NCBI GenBank assembly: GCA_965199825.1
Contig: OZ241329.1
Span: 832,001-896,000, forward strand
Source: Bdellovibrionales bacterium
GTDB taxonomy: Bacteria > Bdellovibrionota > Bdellovibrionia > Bdellovibrionales > UBA1609
Length of the DNA: 64,000 nt
Reading direction: 5' to 3'
Of this stretch, positions 27,515-39,359 are shown piece by piece. Under the pieces are notes generated by a model. It worked only from the letters and a program-made list of their open reading frames with translations. It made no database searches and was not told the origin of the DNA. Positions within the stretch are counted from its first letter, which is position 1. Each line of letters opens with the position of its first letter. Made by a program: the position numbers and the translations under genes.

Positions 27515-29514
27515 CATTTTATCAGATCGCGGTAGCCGCACCCATCGCCGATCTTTTGACCTACACCTCTGACCTCAACGAGACGCTTGTTGTTGGTCAA
27601 TCGGTCATTGTACCTTTAAGTTCGCGCAAAGTTGCGGGTGTGATCATCGCAATCACCGATGAAGCTCCGCCATTTAAGACAAAATCGATTTTAAGTCTCG
27701 ACAACGAGCGGCCAACTTTAAGCCAAAATTCTTTAGAGTGGCTCAAGTGGTTGTCCAGTTATTATATTTATCCTTTTGGCCAAGTGATTGATCTGAGTTT
27801 TCCACCACTAAAAAAAAGTACCCGCAAAAAAAAAGAAAACCAGATTTTTATTCCACAAGAACACACTCCGCCGCCACATCTTACGGTTGAACAAAAAAAT
27901 GTTTTGTCGGCGATCAATCAAACCAAAGGATTTCAGACCCATCTTTTGTTTGGGGTGACGGGCTCGGGTAAAACCGAAGTGTATCTGCAGCTGCTCTATG
28001 AGGTTTTAAAAAATAATGGATCTGGATTGGTTTTGGTTCCAGAGATTTCTTTAACGCCCCAATTGATCGCTCGTTTTGCCGAGCGCTTTCCTGATGAGGT
28101 TGCGGTGATCCACTCGCATTTGACCGAGCGAGAAAAAACCGAGCAGTGGTGGCAAGCCTACTCAGGCCAAAAGAAAATTCTGGTTGGGGCGCGCTCAGCT
28201 CTATTTTGTCCACTTCCTAATTTAAAATTGATTGTGTTGGACGAAGAGCACGAGCCCAGTTTTAAGCAAGACGAAAAATTAAAATACCACGCGCGCGACA
28301 GTGCGGTGATGCTCGCAAAAATTTTGGATATTCCGGTTGTGCTTGGCTCAGCCACTCCCAGTCTCGAAACTTTTAAGCGCGCAAGCGATGGCTTTTACCA
28401 TCTTCACCAAATGAAAAACCGTGTGGAGGATCGAAGCCTCCCCTTAATGTATGTGAATGACCTGCGCCTTGAGCGGTCACAGCGCAAAGAGCAAACAAGT
28501 GAAATTCCCTACTGGTTAAGCGAACAGCTCTACGATGAATTGCTCGCAACACTTTCGCGCAACGAACAAAGCGCCTTATTTTTAAATCGGCGTGGACTTG
28601 CCCAGGTTGCACTATGTGAGAGCTGTGGGTTTACTTACGAATGCCCCAACTGCGCAATTTCTCTCACTGTTCATCATCAAACACATCTTGTTTGTCACTA
28701 CTGTGATTACGCAACCGAACTCAAAGTGAAATGCTCGTCTTGTCACGAAGGCGAGATCAAACCTTTGGGACTCGGTACCGAGCGTGTTGAAAACGATATT
28801 AAAAAACTTTTTCCCCAAGCTCGCGTGGCAAGAGCCGATCGGGATGAGATTCAAAATCGCGAAGACCTCAACAATTTAATTACCGACATGGAACGGGGTG
28901 AAATCGATATTTTGATTGGCACCCAGATGATTGCAAAGGGTCTTGATTTTCCAAAACTGACATTAGTGGGATTGGTTATGGCCGATGTTGGATTTCACTT
29001 ACCCGATTTTAGAGCGAGCGAGCGCAGCTTTCAACTCATCACCCAAGTTGCGGGACGTGCAGGTCGCCACTCAAAAAATCCGGGACGGGTGATAATTCAA
29101 ACCTATGATCCTGACCATATCAGCGTGATTGAATCAAAAAATGCCGACTACTTAAAATTTGCGGCTCAAGAACTCACCTCACGAAAACAATTGCGCTATC
29201 CTCCCTTTGGAAAATTGGCTTTGGTGCGCTTTCAGGGATTGAGTTTGTCGGTCACCGAGAGTTGTGCAGAAAGATTTATCAACCGTGTGCACACCCTAAA
29301 AAATCAGCGACCAGAGTTTGGCGATATTCAGGCCCTTGGTCCAGCTCCCTCGCCATTGTCTCGATTAAGGGGAAAATATCGCTTTCAGGTTTTAATCAAA
29401 AGCCCAGAACACAAATTGCTCAATCGGTTTTGTCGGCTGATTATTTCTGATGGCAAATGGGTTTCTAGCGGGGTCAAACTTCAAATTGATGTGGACCCAA
29501 TTAATATGATGTAG
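27511..29514 (+). CDS. priA: Primosomal protein N'
   Basis: GVTGSGKTEVY, VPEISLTPQ, DEEH, CxxC zinc cluster, GTQMIAKGLDF, QVAGRAGR. Confidence 0.96.
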   Translation: MTFYQIAVAAPIADLLTYTSDLNETLVVGQSVIVPLSSRKVAGVIIAITDEAPPFKTKSILSLDNERPTLSQNSLEWLKWLSSYYIYPFGQVIDLSFPPLKKSTRKKKENQIFIPQEHTPPPHLTVEQKNVLSAINQTKGFQTHLLFGVTGSGKTEVYLQLLYEVLKNNGSGLVLVPEISLTPQLIARFAERFPDEVAVIHSHLTEREKTEQWWQAYSGQKKILVGARSALFCPLPNLKLIVLDEEHEPSFKQDEKLKYHARDSAVMLAKILDIPVVLGSATPSLETFKRASDGFYHLHQMKNRVEDRSLPLMYVNDLRLERSQRKEQTSEIPYWLSEQLYDELLATLSRNEQSALFLNRRGLAQVALCESCGFTYECPNCAISLTVHHQTHLVCHYCDYATELKVKCSSCHEGEIKPLGLGTERVENDIKKLFPQARVARADRDEIQNREDLNNLITDMERGEIDILIGTQMIAKGLDFPKLTLVGLVMADVGFHLPDFRASERSFQLITQVAGRAGRHSKNPGRVIIQTYDPDHISVIESKNADYLKFAAQELTSRKQLRYPPFGKLALVRFQGLSLSVTESCAERFINRVHTLKNQRPEFGDIQALGPAPSPLSRLRGKYRFQVLIKSPEHKLLNRFCRLIISDGKWVSSGVKLQIDVDPINMM

Positions 29515-29527
29515 GCTCAATGTACTC

Positions 29528-30397
29528 ATGAAAGATTCTGTTCAATGTCCACGCTGTGGCAAAACCGTTGATCATCTGCAGGCTGTCGACACCGCCTTGC
29601 GCGTTTCGCTCGAAACCACCAACATGGAAACTCGCCTGCCCCCCTCAGTCTGTGTCAATTGCTATAGCGAACTGACAAGCTCTGTTTCACAAGGACTCAA
29701 ACTGCGTATCGAGGCCGAGCAGCGCGAAAAAAATAAGATGACCATGTGGAAGCACCGAGTGGAGCTGGTCAAACAGGCGCGCCAGCACATGCTCTACAAA
29801 GGATATTCTGAAGCCGCAGTTCTTTATGAAAAATACTTAAGAGTGATCGAACTTGTTTATAACAAAAAAAAGGGCGAGCTTTCGCCAGAGATCTTTAACA
29901 ACTCAAAACATTCAAAAGAACTTAATGTGATTGCGGCGGTCTATTGGGATTTGCTTCGCATCTATGACAGCTCGCCTCGTCATATGACTCGAATGCAAGA
30001 AACCGCAGATATGCTTGCGAGGTTTTTGCCGCACTCCCATCTGTATCCACATATCGCGCGCAAGGCCGATCAGTTTTTGGCCCAATCAAATAACCCAGAA
30101 ATTATTCGCCAATTTATGATTGCGGTAAAAGCAAAAATTGGTCGTTGTTTTATTGCAACCGCTGCATTCGAAAATTCTTTGACCGAAGAGATTTTATTTT
30201 TACAAAATTTTCGCGATCAAAAATTAAAATCAAATGCCCTCGGCCGAAGGTTCATCAAATTTTATTATAAGGTCTCGCCATCAATCGCCCTGTTCATCGC
30301 GCGCCACTCAATTTTGCGGATGCTCACTCGTTGGGGAATAAAACAATTGATTTCCTTTATTAAACTCGTGATCTTCATTTTATGTTGGACATCTTAG
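29528..30397 (+). CDS. CFI-box-CTERM domain protein with N-terminal Zn-binding motif
   Basis: CPRC..CVNC at N-terminus; C-terminal RCFIATAAF..FRDQ.L..GR.FI.FYY.VSP. Confidence 0.75.
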   Translation: MKDSVQCPRCGKTVDHLQAVDTALRVSLETTNMETRLPPSVCVNCYSELTSSVSQGLKLRIEAEQREKNKMTMWKHRVELVKQARQHMLYKGYSEAAVLYEKYLRVIELVYNKKKGELSPEIFNNSKHSKELNVIAAVYWDLLRIYDSSPRHMTRMQETADMLARFLPHSHLYPHIARKADQFLAQSNNPEIIRQFMIAVKAKIGRCFIATAAFENSLTEEILFLQNFRDQKLKSNALGRRFIKFYYKVSPSIALFIARHSILRMLTRWGIKQLISFIKLVIFILCWTS

Positions 30398-31458
30398 TAA
30401 TTGGTTCTGGGCTTAGCGGCCTGATCGCGGCCACCGCATTAAAACAAAAAGGCCTTTCGGTTCATGTGATTGAGGCGCTTGATTTGTGCGGCGGATGTTT
30501 AAAGCCGATTGAGGTCAAGGGACATCGACTGTTGCCAGGATTGCAATTTGCGAATAGCTCCGACATTCATTCGATTTTAGAACTCCAAACTCTTTTGCAA
30601 ACCGAAATTGACCCGCAAGTGGAAGAAGCTCGATCTCTCACTTACGACGCTGGACAGTTTAAAACTTTTTTAAGTTTTGGAGACGAATCTACCGCGGTGA
30701 TTGACGAGCTTACCCAATTCAATGTGGGCCAGCGCCTTCATCTTAAAAGTACTCCTGATATTTGGATTCAGAAATTGCTTGAGCACTTAACTCCAAAAGA
30801 GATTTCACCCCTCACTCAACTGACCCAATTTGAAATTGAAAATGGACAAATCAAAGGTGTTCAAGTGAACGGGGCTAAAACCTTGAGCGCCAAAAATTAT
30901 ATCTACACCGGCGCTTTAACTTCACTCGAAAAATTATTGCCCGAAAATACATTAAACCCAAAAACTCGGGCTCGCTTGGTCAAATCAAAAGGGCTCAGCT
31001 CAATTTCGCTGCATCTTGCCCATAGCGCAAAACAAACCGACGAAATGGGATTTCATTTTTTAACCGGCCAACCCTTTCAACCCTTTGTGGGCCGATTTTT
31101 TGGCGAAGACAATGGCATCCAAAAATCAACCTGGATGGCTCTTGTGACCGATGACCAAAGTGATGAAGAGTCAGTTGCCGACACTCTTCGCTACATGAAA
31201 CGCCAAATCAAACGGGCTTATCCTCAGGCTTTTGAAACCGTAGTGGCAGAAAAATTGATCGTCACCGAAGACAGTCACGGCTCATTTCAAAAACTAAAAG
31301 AGCCTGGGGTATTCTCAGAAATACAAAATTTATTTATTGGAACCTCAAGGACTTCGGCTCATGCAGGGCTGACCTCAGCAGTGTCAAAAGGGTTTGCTGC
31401 CGCCACTTGGGCCGCTCCTAGTGAAGTTAAAACCGTTGCCGCCTCATCCAGCCTATGA
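30382..31458 (+). CDS. FAD/NAD(P)-binding oxidoreductase-like protein
   Basis: ILVIGSGLSGLIAA..E..GG Rossmann fold start. Confidence 0.7.
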   Translation: MLDILVIGSGLSGLIAATALKQKGLSVHVIEALDLCGGCLKPIEVKGHRLLPGLQFANSSDIHSILELQTLLQTEIDPQVEEARSLTYDAGQFKTFLSFGDESTAVIDELTQFNVGQRLHLKSTPDIWIQKLLEHLTPKEISPLTQLTQFEIENGQIKGVQVNGAKTLSAKNYIYTGALTSLEKLLPENTLNPKTRARLVKSKGLSSISLHLAHSAKQTDEMGFHFLTGQPFQPFVGRFFGEDNGIQKSTWMALVTDDQSDEESVADTLRYMKRQIKRAYPQAFETVVAEKLIVTEDSHGSFQKLKEPGVFSEIQNLFIGTSRTSAHAGLTSAVSKGFAAATWAAPSEVKTVAASSSL

Positions 31459-31476
31459 TATTCCGGCTCAACTAAT

Positions 31477-31561
31477 TACACACTTCCTGTGTCGATGATT
31501 CTGGTCTTTAAATTTTTAAAGCAATTATCACGGGAAGGCGGACAAACCAGAGAGGATCCCT
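31477..31561 (+). promoter_or_regulatory. Structured rpsB 5' leader (candidate S2 autoregulatory element)
   Basis: ACACAC, then nested stems CTTCCTGTG(31483)/CACGGGAAG(31529) and CTTTAAA/TTTAAAG; CTGGT(31501)/ACCAG(31546) pairing next to the RBS. Confidence 0.55.
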
Positions 31562-32520
31562 ATGGCAATGATCACAATGAAAGAGATGTTGGATGCCGGT
31601 GTGCATTTTGGCCACCAAACCCAACGTTGGAACCCAAAAATGAAGCCCTACGTCTACACAGACCGAGGCGGCATTCATATTATCGATCTGCAAAAATCGG
31701 TAGTGAACGCAAAACGTGCTGCCGAATTTGTACGTAAAGTCGCCTCAGAAGGCGGACGTATGATTTTTGTGGGCACAAAAAAACAAGCTGTTGAGCCAAT
31801 CAAAGAAGCCGCCGAAAAATGCGGTCAATTTCATGTCACAAAACGTTGGCTTGGTGGAATGCTCACAAATTTCCAAACTATCAAAACAAGCATCGATCGC
31901 TTAAAGCGGATTGATCAGATGCGTGAAAAAGGCGAGCTCGAATATTTTTCTAAAAAAGAACGCTCACGTATCGAAAAAGAATATGTTCGTTTAAGTGATT
32001 ACCTCGACGGGATTCGCGACATGAAAGATGCACCCTCGGTGCTTTTTGTTGTGGATTTAAACAAAGAACATATCGCGGTTGCCGAAGCAAAACGCCTTCA
32101 CATTCCAGTGGTGGGCATTGCTGACACAAATACAGATCCCGATATTATTGAATTTCCGATTCCAGGAAATGATGATGCGATTCGCTCAATCAAACTTTTT
32201 GCAAATATGGCTGCTGAAGCTTTCTTAGAAGGTGCAAAAGAATATAGCGAATCTGCTCGTGCCCAAGCTGATAAAGAGCCTCGCTTTGAAAAACCAGAAC
32301 GCGAAGAGCGTCAACCTCGTGATCGCTCGGCACCTGCGCCAAGCGGACCTGCGGTGGTCAAGGTTTCAAAACGTAAACTCGTTGCAGCCGGAACAGCCGA
32401 AGATGTGGAGATCGCAATGGAGCTAGAAACTCCAAGTGATGAAGCCCCTGCGGTTGAAGAAGAAGGAGCTGTGAACGAGGCAAAAACCGAAGCTAAAAAG
32501 CCTGCAAAGAAGGTTAAAAA

Positions 32521-32524
<4 letters not shown>
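31562..32524 (+). CDS. rpsB: 30S ribosomal protein S2 (long C-terminal extension)
   Basis: [35 protein letters not shown]. Confidence 0.98.
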
Positions 32525-33902
<1,378 letters not shown>

Positions 33903-33924
33903 TCAAAAACTAAAAGGAGTCTTC

Positions 33925-34482
33925 ATGCTCGATAATGTTAAAAGCGATGCAACCTCAGGCATGGAAAAAGCGATTCAAGGTCTCATCAGCGAACTTAAAA
34001 AAGTGCGCACAGGTCGAGCCCAAGTCTCGATGCTCGATAGCATTCGGGTTAATTACTACGGCACACCCACACCGCTCAACCAAGTTGCCGCCCTCTCAAC
34101 TCCCGATGCAAAATCATTTTTAATTTCCCCTTGGGACACCACCGCTCTCAAAGAGATCGAGCAATCCATTGTTAAGAGCGATATCGGAATGACTCCCCAA
34201 AATGATGGCAAAGTGATCCGACTCAAAGTTCCTGAACTGACCGAACAACGTCGAAAAGATTTGGTCAAAAGCATAAAAAAAATTGTTGAAGACGCGCGCG
34301 TTGCGGTCCGCATGGCCAGACGCGATGCCAACGAGTTATTAAAAAAAGCCTTGAAAGACAAAACCATCTCTGAAGATGATGAGAAAAGATCTGAGACCGA
34401 AATCCAAAAACTCACTGACGACTACATTAAAAAAGTCGACAAGTTGGCAGAGGATAAAGAAAAAGATTTGATGACCATCTAA
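33925..34482 (+). CDS. frr: Ribosome recycling factor
   Basis: RTGRA, YYGTPTPL, PELTEQRRKDL. Confidence 0.98.
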   Translation: MLDNVKSDATSGMEKAIQGLISELKKVRTGRAQVSMLDSIRVNYYGTPTPLNQVAALSTPDAKSFLISPWDTTALKEIEQSIVKSDIGMTPQNDGKVIRLKVPELTEQRRKDLVKSIKKIVEDARVAVRMARRDANELLKKALKDKTISEDDEKRSETEIQKLTDDYIKKVDKLAEDKEKDLMTI

Positions 34483-34500
34483 GTCCAAAGGATTGCCGCC

Positions 34501-35244
34501 TTGAAGCTTCCCAAACATTTAGCGATAATTATGGATGGTAACGGACGCTGGGCAAAGGCGCGTGGCAAGCAGCGCTTTCATGGTCACAGTCGCGGCGCAA
34601 ATGTTGCCGGCGTAATAATCGAAGAAGCCGCTCGCCTGAATATCCCTCAACTGACTTTATTTACATTTAGTACCGAAAATTGGTTGCGCCCCGAACGCGA
34701 GGTTGCATTTTTGATGATGCTCCTTTCAAGACGGTTAAAAAAAGAGCGCAACACTCTGATGAAAAACAATATTCGATTTCAATGCATTGGAGATCTTGAG
34801 CGACTGCCAAAATCGGTTTTGGATGTGGTGCATGAGACAATCAAAGTCACCGCACAAAACACCGGAATGGAGCTGGTGTTCGCCTTGAGCTACGGCGGAA
34901 GGCAGGATTTAACTTTTGCGATGAAGTCGATTGCTGCCGACATTGCCAGTGGCCAAGTGGAATTAGCCGATGTGGACGAGGCCTTGATTGCCTCACGTCT
35001 TGAAACTCATCAGTTTCATGATCCCGATTTGATTATTCGGACAAGTGGAGAATCACGACTGTCCAATTTCTTTTTATGGCAGGCGGCGTATTCAGAAATT
35101 TATATCACCGACACGCTATGGCCCGATTTTACCAAAGAAGATTTGCTGCAAGCTCTCAACTTTTTTTCCTCCCGCGAGCGTCGCTATGGACGCACCGGAG
35201 AGCAGTTGCGTGAAATGCAGTGGCCTCGCTTTCAACAAGGGTAA
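34501..35244 (+). CDS. uppS: Undecaprenyl diphosphate synthase
   Basis: HLAIIMDGNGRWA, FSTENW, RTSGESRLSNFFLWQ. Confidence 0.96.
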   Translation: MKLPKHLAIIMDGNGRWAKARGKQRFHGHSRGANVAGVIIEEAARLNIPQLTLFTFSTENWLRPEREVAFLMMLLSRRLKKERNTLMKNNIRFQCIGDLERLPKSVLDVVHETIKVTAQNTGMELVFALSYGGRQDLTFAMKSIAADIASGQVELADVDEALIASRLETHQFHDPDLIIRTSGESRLSNFFLWQAAYSEIYITDTLWPDFTKEDLLQALNFFSSRERRYGRTGEQLREMQWPRFQQG

Positions 35245-36044
35245 TCTCCGCATTTGGAGCCCTTTTTATTTTATTGGGTGCAACCTATTGGGGTGGCCCC
35301 ACAGCCTTAGTGGCTTTTACTTTCTTGATTATTTTTGCAACCATTTATGAATATGACAAAATCGCCTTTTTATCTTTGGCGGTGGCTCGCCCACTCAGAA
35401 TTTTATTTGTTGTGGCATGTCTTTCGACTCTCTTGGCGCTCACTCTCAGAACTCATGCCTTTGCTTATTATGGGCTGATCAACTGTTTGATGCTCTCGAC
35501 TGGGCTATGGATTGCCCGCAATCGCATGGATAACAATGCCCTGCTCCAAGCCCTTGCCATTTGTTCGGTGGGCATTTTGTATTGTGTGGTTCTTCCTTCG
35601 TTCGCAGCCCAAGTGTTATTTTTAACAAACGGAATTGCTTGGTTTTACTCTCTATTGATTATGGTTTTTATGGGCGACATTTGTGCTTATTTTGGTGGAT
35701 ATTTTTTTGGTAAAACTCCGCTCATGCCCTCCTTAAGTCCTAAAAAAACCATCGAAGGTTCGGTCAGTGGGTTTTTTGGGACTGCATTGAGTGGGTCGGT
35801 GTTTGGATTTTATTTTTTGCCGCATGTTCCAACCGCATTTATGATTTTGATGAGTCTTGTTTTATCTTTTGCGGCTCAAAATGGAGATCTCTTTGCGTCA
35901 CTCGTCAAACGCGTTGCGAAAGTGAAAGATTCTGGTCACATTATGCCCGGCCATGGTGGAGTCCTGGACCGCTTTGATGGGGTTTATTTCGCAGCGCCCA
36001 TCTTATTTACTTTTGCATCTTACTTCGAGACCAGCTCAATTTGA
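35220..36044 (+). CDS. cdsA: Phosphatidate cytidylyltransferase
   Basis: SPKKTIEG, GDLFASLVKR..KDSG..PGHGGVLDRFD. Confidence 0.95.
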   Translation: MASLSTRVISAFGALFILLGATYWGGPTALVAFTFLIIFATIYEYDKIAFLSLAVARPLRILFVVACLSTLLALTLRTHAFAYYGLINCLMLSTGLWIARNRMDNNALLQALAICSVGILYCVVLPSFAAQVLFLTNGIAWFYSLLIMVFMGDICAYFGGYFFGKTPLMPSLSPKKTIEGSVSGFFGTALSGSVFGFYFLPHVPTAFMILMSLVLSFAAQNGDLFASLVKRVAKVKDSGHIMPGHGGVLDRFDGVYFAAPILFTFASYFETSSI

Positions 36045-36085
36045 GGCGATCAATTTTTTGAAATTGATGATAAAATTTAGCCCAT

Positions 36086-37732
36086 ATGACACAAATTTTA
36101 GTTTGGCTTCAGCATGGTTTTATCACAGTCGGTCCATTTTTTATTTTGCTCGGGATTTTGATTTTCGTCCATGAGCTTGGTCACTTTGCGGTAGCCAAAT
36201 ATTTTAAAGTCCGAGTGGAGACTTTTAGTCTCGGGTTTGGCAAAAAGATTTTTAAATATAAAAAAGGCGATACCACCTATGCGGTCTCGCTGATCCCTGC
36301 GGGCGGCTATGTCAAAATGTATGGCGACGATCCCAATGCCGAAGTTCCTGAACACGAAAAAGCGCATGCGTTTTTGCACAAACCAGTAAGTCAGCGGATC
36401 TGGATTGTTCTTGCTGGCCCCTTGATGAATTTCTTTTTCGCGGTGCTTTTGCTTTTTGCGATCGGCATGATTGGCGAGCAATTGCCGAGCACCGAACTTG
36501 GCGACATCAATGCGGGCACTGCCGCGGCTCAAGCCGGATTTCAATCGGGCGATAAAGTTTTGAGCATCAATGGTCAAAGCGTTGTGACTTGGTCTCAGCT
36601 TCGCGATCGAGTTGAGAATTCTCCGCAGACCAGCCTTGAATTTCAGGTGCAGCGCGGAGAACAAACAATTGTGGTCAATGCCACACCCACCTTGGGCGAA
36701 AGCGAAAGTCCGCTAAGTCTTAAAAAAAATGTGGGCCGCATTGAGGGTTTAACAAATGAATCGGTGGCTACAGTGGTTGGACTTAGAGACGGTCTGCTTG
36801 CCCATACCGATATGAAAAATTTAAGCCGAATCGTTTCGATTAACGGCAAAGAAGTTCATTATTTTCGTGAGCTTACGCCAGTTCTTTATGACGAAGCCAA
36901 AAAATCTGGAAAATTAGTTTTAAAAGTTCAAGAAGACGAAAAGCCCGAGCAGACCATCCATGTTGAACTTCAGCCCGAGGCCATCGACTCATTGGGAATT
37001 GAAAGTTCGGAGCTCTACTTAGCTCGCATCAAAAGCGATTCTCCCGCACAGCGTGCGGGTTTTATTGTGGGCGATAAAATTTTAAAACTAGGTGATCAGC
37101 CAATCACTCAGTGGAAACAAATTATCGAGCGCGTTTCTGTTTACGACGCCAGCAAAGGCCCATTGAAGTTTCAAATTCTTCGCTCTGGAAAAGTTTTGAA
37201 TCTCGATGTTAACCCTGAGATGACCGACACCATGACTCTTCAAGGAAAGGAAGAAAAACGCTATACCATTGGTGTGCTTCCCGCTTTGGCGATGACGATT
37301 TCTACTCCGGTTTATTTTCGCATTTCCAATCCTATAAAGGCTTTGGAAAATGGTTTTGTTAAAACTTATGAACTCAGCCAAATGGTTGTGATGGGTCTTG
37401 TGAGACTCGTTCAAAATCAAGTTTCATCCAAAAATATTGGCGGCATGATCTCGATCGGGCGTTATGCCAGTCAGAGTTTTGAGATGGGGCTCGTCGCATT
37501 TTTAAAAATGATGGCTTTGATTTCGGTTAATTTATTTTTACTCAATCTTTTACCTGTTCCGGTTCTTGATGGTGGTCACTTGGTGTTTTTTGCGATCGAA
37601 GCCATTAAGGGCAGTCCGTTGAGCCTTAAGAAAATGGAAATCGCACAGCAAATTGGAATCATCTTACTGATGTCGCTTATGGCTTTTGCATTTTTTAACG
37701 ACATTTCAAATTTGATCAAGCCCGCTTGGTGA
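36086..37732 (+). CDS. rseP: RIP metalloprotease RseP
   Basis: HELGH, AGPLMN, PDZ domains, NLLPVPVLDGGH. Confidence 0.95.
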   Translation: MTQILVWLQHGFITVGPFFILLGILIFVHELGHFAVAKYFKVRVETFSLGFGKKIFKYKKGDTTYAVSLIPAGGYVKMYGDDPNAEVPEHEKAHAFLHKPVSQRIWIVLAGPLMNFFFAVLLLFAIGMIGEQLPSTELGDINAGTAAAQAGFQSGDKVLSINGQSVVTWSQLRDRVENSPQTSLEFQVQRGEQTIVVNATPTLGESESPLSLKKNVGRIEGLTNESVATVVGLRDGLLAHTDMKNLSRIVSINGKEVHYFRELTPVLYDEAKKSGKLVLKVQEDEKPEQTIHVELQPEAIDSLGIESSELYLARIKSDSPAQRAGFIVGDKILKLGDQPITQWKQIIERVSVYDASKGPLKFQILRSGKVLNLDVNPEMTDTMTLQGKEEKRYTIGVLPALAMTISTPVYFRISNPIKALENGFVKTYELSQMVVMGLVRLVQNQVSSKNIGGMISIGRYASQSFEMGLVAFLKMMALISVNLFLLNLLPVPVLDGGHLVFFAIEAIKGSPLSLKKMEIAQQIGIILLMSLMAFAFFNDISNLIKPAW

Positions 37733-38379
37733 TGCTCGGTTTAAGTATCGAGACCTCTTCGAATTTAGGAAGTGTTGCGCTCTTTGAATCAAATCCGTTT
37801 CGAATTATAAAGAGCTTTGAGTGGGAGCGCACTCAAAGCCATTCCGAGTTGGTGACCGACCACATTCAACAACTGTTTGAACATCATCAGCCGTCTGATC
37901 TCAAGGTCATTGCGGTTGGAATTGGGCCCGGAAGTTTTACCGGAGTCAGAGTTGCGATCAATGTGGCAAAAGCTTTTGGTTATGCCCAAAAAATTCCGAT
38001 CTTTGCCTGCAACTCTCACCAAATTTTGGCCAGCTCAGTTTCAGAAGATTGTGTGGTGATCACAAATGCGTATAAAAATTTATATTTTTTTTCGAGATAC
38101 CAAAATCAGGACGAGACCATTCAACCACGAGTCTTAAGTCTAGAAGAATTAAAAACCGAAATCCAAAATCCAATCCTTAGTCTAGGCCCACTCCCCCAAA
38201 TCTTGCCACAGCTCAAGGTTAACCCCAACCTTCGTCCCTATCCAAAGGCTACGATTTTGGCTCAACACTTTTCTAAAATCGATTCTCCTCAGCTTTTATT
38301 GTGGTCAGAGGTAAAACCCCTTTATCTTCGAGCATCTGCGGCCGAAGAGGTTTTAGAAGCAAGGAAGTCAAAATCGTGA
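37732..38379 (+). CDS. tsaB: tRNA threonylcarbamoyladenosine biosynthesis protein TsaB
   Basis: SIETS, GPGSFTGVRV, PLYLR. Confidence 0.9.
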   Translation: MLGLSIETSSNLGSVALFESNPFRIIKSFEWERTQSHSELVTDHIQQLFEHHQPSDLKVIAVGIGPGSFTGVRVAINVAKAFGYAQKIPIFACNSHQILASSVSEDCVVITNAYKNLYFFSRYQNQDETIQPRVLSLEELKTEIQNPILSLGPLPQILPQLKVNPNLRPYPKATILAQHFSKIDSPQLLLWSEVKPLYLRASAAEEVLEARKSKS

Positions 38380-39344
38380 ACGAACCTATTTCTCTCCAAG
38401 AATTTAGCCTGTTGCGCGGCCAACTCGAGTCGAAGGCAACGATTATCGCCGTGGGTGGCGGAAAGGGCGGCGTGGGGAAATCATTTTTTTCTTCTTCTCT
38501 CGCAATATTTTTGGGTCACCTTGGTCACAAGACTTTGCTTGTTGATATGGATCTTGGCGCCGGAAATGTGCACACCTGTTTAGGCGAAGGTCTTCCTGCA
38601 GTAGGCATCAACGAATTTTTGCGGAATCCAAATTTAAAACTCGAAGACGTTAAGAGCTCAACCAAACTTCCAAATCTTGATATCATCACCGGCTGCTCTG
38701 AGGTTTTTGATACAGCAGCCATCACCGATGACCAAAAGTCGCGGTTAATGTCGGCTCTTTACGCTTATCCCAGTGAATTTATCGTGCTCGATTTGAGTGC
38801 TGGAACTCATCAGTCCACTCTTGATTTCTTTTTGATGGCGCAACGACGCATCGTGGTTGTGACGCCAGAGCCTTCGAGCATCGAAAATGCTTACCGATTT
38901 ATGAAGGCTAGTTTTTATCGCAAGCTTAAGCGCTTCGAATTTCAACTGCAACTTGGCACATTGACCGATGATCTTATGACTGAGCGTCAACAGCTTGGGA
39001 TTCGTAGTCCTGGAGATTTATTACGCGCAATCGAAAAGCGTGCACCACAGGGCGGCGAACGTTTGCGAAACGTGATGGACGATTTGCAATTCGAAATCAT
39101 ATTAAATCAGTCGCGAAGTTTGGCCGACGTCGAGTTAGGTCCACACATTAAAAGTGTTTGTCATAAGTATTTTGGAGTTCCTTGCCATCTTATGGGTCAC
39201 ATAGAGTATGATAATGCTGTCTGGCAGTCGCTGCGCAAAAAGCGACCGTTAGTTATCGAATACCCTTATAGCCGTTTGTATGCGCAACTTTTATCGGTTG
39301 CTCGACGAATCGCAGGATCCCGCTACAAAGCGAAAGCAGGATAA
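38376..39344 (+). CDS. MinD/FlhG/ParA-family P-loop ATPase
   Basis: GGKGGVGKS deviant Walker A, DMDLGAGN, LDLSAG, TPEPSSIENAY; GTG 38376 overlaps the tsaB stop. Confidence 0.85.
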   Translation: MNEPISLQEFSLLRGQLESKATIIAVGGGKGGVGKSFFSSSLAIFLGHLGHKTLLVDMDLGAGNVHTCLGEGLPAVGINEFLRNPNLKLEDVKSSTKLPNLDIITGCSEVFDTAAITDDQKSRLMSALYAYPSEFIVLDLSAGTHQSTLDFFLMAQRRIVVVTPEPSSIENAYRFMKASFYRKLKRFEFQLQLGTLTDDLMTERQQLGIRSPGDLLRAIEKRAPQGGERLRNVMDDLQFEIILNQSRSLADVELGPHIKSVCHKYFGVPCHLMGHIEYDNAVWQSLRKKRPLVIEYPYSRLYAQLLSVARRIAGSRYKAKAG

Positions 39345-39359
39345 AAGAAGAAGGCAGAA

